64,000 nucleotides of DNA from a virus: positions 192,001 to 256,000 of the IMG/VR virus record IMGVR_UViG_3300045988_174371; one strand, 5' to 3'. Below, one piece after another: positions 62,274 through 64,000 of this stretch. Position 1 is the first letter of the stretch. Each line of letters starts with the position of its first letter. The notes below the pieces were generated by a model. The model was not told the DNA's origin. It saw only the letters and a program-made list of their open reading frames with translations, and ran no database searches. The position numbers and the translations under genes were made by a program.

Positions 62274-62947
62274 CTATCCTTCACTGTAGGGGACGCGCCA
62301 TGCGCCTTAACCGAACTGACCTGAACTAGGACAGCTGAGCTATCATCAGTTTTTCCACTACATAGAACACTTAAAGAGTCCAGGGAATTACTCCGGTTGT
62401 CACCTAGTAGGAACAGTTCACCAGCGGCAAGAGTATGTTCGTATGCCTCCGTTTTACAGGTGGGTAGAACATCAGTAACCTGCACACCGTTTACATGGAC
62501 AGCCCCGGCAACAACCGACACCGTATCACCTTCAGTGGCGGCTACACGCTTCACTACAGCGCCTTGCGTGGCAGAGGCATACTGCCACGCTGTAGGCATC
62601 TCAGCTACCACTATGTCGCCCCTGCGGATAGGGGAGCTCTGGTCGTTCTCAAACAATAGAACTTGACCATCCGCATAAGTGGGGAGCATTGAATCGCCAG
62701 CAACTCGATACTGAGTAACAGTCGGCGCTACCTTGCTAACGATGGCATCAGGGGTTACTCCACTCTGGTACGCCATATACCCCACGCCTGAGACAGTAGC
62801 CGCGCCAGTCAGAAAATAAGCCAAGAAACGCGGGAAACGGCGACACCTACGCACCTTCACATATTCCGTATCAGGTGGTGGCGGCGCTGACACGGCAGAA
62901 GCTCTAATTGAGCTCATCATATCTGACGATGAGAGGCGGTTAGGCAT
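62270..62947 (-). CDS. signal peptidase I (S26 family; LepB/TraF-like)
   Basis: N-terminal TM. VAGDSMLPTYADGQ (Ser box), VVKRVAATEGDTV (Lys box), LLGDNRSNSLDS. Overlaps the holA-like start by 4 nt. Confidence 0.75.
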   Translation of the reverse strand: MPNRLSSSDMMSSIRASAVSAPPPPDTEYVKVRRCRRFPRFLAYFLTGAATVSGVGYMAYQSGVTPDAIVSKVAPTVTQYRVAGDSMLPTYADGQVLLFENDQSSPIRRGDIVVAEMPTAWQYASATQGAVVKRVAATEGDTVSVVAGAVHVNGVQVTDVLPTCKTEAYEHTLAAGELFLLGDNRSNSLDSLSVLCSGKTDDSSAVLVQVSSVKAHGASPTVKDR

Positions 62948-62967
62948 ATGGAGAAAATCCCTTCAAG

Positions 62968-63594
62968 TTACTTACGCGATTTGCTTCGCGCATCTGCATT
63001 AAGCGCTGAACGCGCATTCTTATAGACTGCATCAGTAGTATTCAGCAGAGTTCGTTCATTATTAGTGAGTGAATTGATAGCGCTAACCTCACCACGGATG
63101 ATGTTCACCTCAGTAGAAGCAGTGCGCAATGCGTCGGAAGCCATAACCTTATCCACGGCATAACCTTTACAGCGTAGCGTTGCCAGCTCTTTAACCTCGG
63201 TCTCAGTCAGGCGGCGACCCCTGCCACCACCTTCAGCGGCTTCGTCGGTGGCGTGGACTCCAGTCCTCACCTCATGACAGGCGATATTGAACGCATTGTC
63301 GTAGGCGTATGCCGCCGCCGCATATTTACGCTTAGCGTGCATCTCTCGAAGTAGCGCCTCACGTAGCTTCTTCATATACTCAATAATCATTGACGAAAGC
63401 ACAGCTAGACTCTCCAAGTCACGCTCTTCAAGCTCTGCCTCAAGCTCCTCTACAGAGAACGTCGTATTGTTCTCCTCCTGCGCTTCAAGCGAGGACACAA
63501 TTTCATCGGCAGTAGATGCCGCGCCGTTAGCTGTACCGTATCCAGGGCGCGGCATATTGTAATGGGTTGCGCGCTTATCGTCGTTCTTCGACAA
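62968..63594 (-). CDS. hypothetical protein (208 aa), coiled-coil rich
   Basis: First gene of the minus-strand string, with a divergent intergenic region upstream. No motif recognised. Confidence 0.45.
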   Translation of the reverse strand: MSKNDDKRATHYNMPRPGYGTANGAASTADEIVSSLEAQEENNTTFSVEELEAELEERDLESLAVLSSMIIEYMKKLREALLREMHAKRKYAAAAYAYDNAFNIACHEVRTGVHATDEAAEGGGRGRRLTETEVKELATLRCKGYAVDKVMASDALRTASTEVNIIRGEVSAINSLTNNERTLLNTTDAVYKNARSALNADARSKSRK

Positions 63595-63643
63595 ATCTTA
63601 CTCCTCTAACCTAAGCGTAGGGGCGTAGTGCCTCTACGTGAGA

Positions 63644-63649
63644 TATAAT
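63644..63649 (+). promoter_or_regulatory. candidate -10 hexamer (TATAAT) for the plus-strand Tat-signal gene
   Basis: TATAAT lies 58 nt upstream of the ATG at 63708 in the 113-nt divergent intergenic region. No convincing -35. Confidence 0.2.
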
Positions 63650-63707
63650 GTACTAACTATTGTAACACCTGAGCAGGTGGTACACGACTGAAAGAAAGCA
63701 GGTAGGC

Positions 63708-64000
63708 ATGACTGAAAAGCAGACCAAAGCATCCCGTCGAGACATCCTCAAATTCCTTGGCGTAACTGCCGCCGCAGGCGCACTAGGTGGCGGCGCGGGA
63801 TATTTATTCGAACAGGTGAACCAAACTGAAACAAACGCACAAGCACGGAAAATTAGTGCCCCTAGCGAGTCTCAGGTAGCAGAGATTCGCCAGCAAAATA
63901 GTGAAAGTGCCAACATTACCCCGACACCCGCCCAACCATCACCTGTCGAAGCCACCGAAACCCCTAAGGCATACTTCGCGGAAACAAGCGGCGACATCGA
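63708..64000 (+). CDS. exported protein with twin-arginine (Tat) signal, N-terminal part only
   Basis: Own translation: MTEKQTKASRRDILKFLGVTAAAGALGGGAGYLFEQ... The SRRDILKF motif plus a hydrophobic core. The ORF runs off the right edge. Confidence 0.55.
   Translation, partial: MTEKQTKASRRDILKFLGVTAAAGALGGGAGYLFEQVNQTETNAQARKISAPSESQVAEIRQQNSESANITPTPAQPSPVEATETPKAYFAETSGDI

Noticed and set aside
63641-63672. dif-like (XerCD) site resemblance in GAGATATAATGTACTAACTATTGTAAC
   Set aside because: Only the ATAATGTA core is similar. The flanking arms are not inverted repeats, and it is far from the skew switch.

Overview
This 64-kb window is almost entirely coding, and about 50 of its ~55 genes lie on the minus strand. 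All calls come from reading motifs in the supplied translations and the DNA by eye; no searches were run.

Content from left to right:
- (1) 0-20 kb: a Rad50/SbcC-like ATPase, then a Gram-positive/actinobacterial-style conjugative type IV secretion module. It contains membrane-anchored proteins, a bifunctional cell-wall hydrolase, a giant VirB6-like polytopic protein, a secreted DUF1524-like protein, a VirB4 N-domain-only protein, a small membrane protein, a TcpC/VirB8-like protein and a VirD4/TraG-type coupling ATPase.
- (2) 20-31 kb: a plus-strand putative regulator, DnaG primase, and an NrdH-like redoxin. These are followed by a 670-nt C-depleted intergenic tract with iteron-like direct repeats, an 848-aa RepA/TrfA-like candidate initiator, an Rpf-LysM muralytic factor and NAD-dependent ligase LigA.
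- (3) 31-38.5 kb: a vWA/PP2C/Ser-Thr-kinase triad (TerY-type), followed by a class F sortase and one LPVTG surface protein.
- (4) 38.5-48.7 kb: a Cas4/RecB-like Fe-S nuclease, a CPBP protease, and recA-recX on the plus strand. Then come three tandem FtsK/SpoIIIE-like paralogs without a P-loop, a NERD-like protein and a very acidic membrane protein.
- (5) 48.8-64 kb: a replisome and DNA-end-processing module. It holds DnaE split into two ORFs with dnaX between them, a MazG-like protein, a metallophosphoesterase, an Mre11/SbcD-like nuclease, a RecD/Pif1-like helicase, a HolA-like protein, a signal peptidase I and a partial Tat-signal protein.

I recognised no rRNA, tRNA, CRISPR array, transposase, integrase or relaxase. 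Many strong stem-loop terminators punctuate the operons.

Best reading: a segment of a large self-transmissible element (conjugative megaplasmid, phage-plasmid-like element or ICE) of an Actinomycetota-type host that carries its own replisome. A chromosomal location cannot be excluded from this window alone.

Most notable observations:
- An abrupt reversal of strand composition inside the intact Rep-like ORF, next to the iteron-like tract.
- The split dnaE with dnaX inserted at a conserved motif.
- A VirB4 homolog lacking its ATPase half.
- The family of P-loop-less FtsK-like proteins, plus an unannotated 52-codon paralogous mini-ORF.
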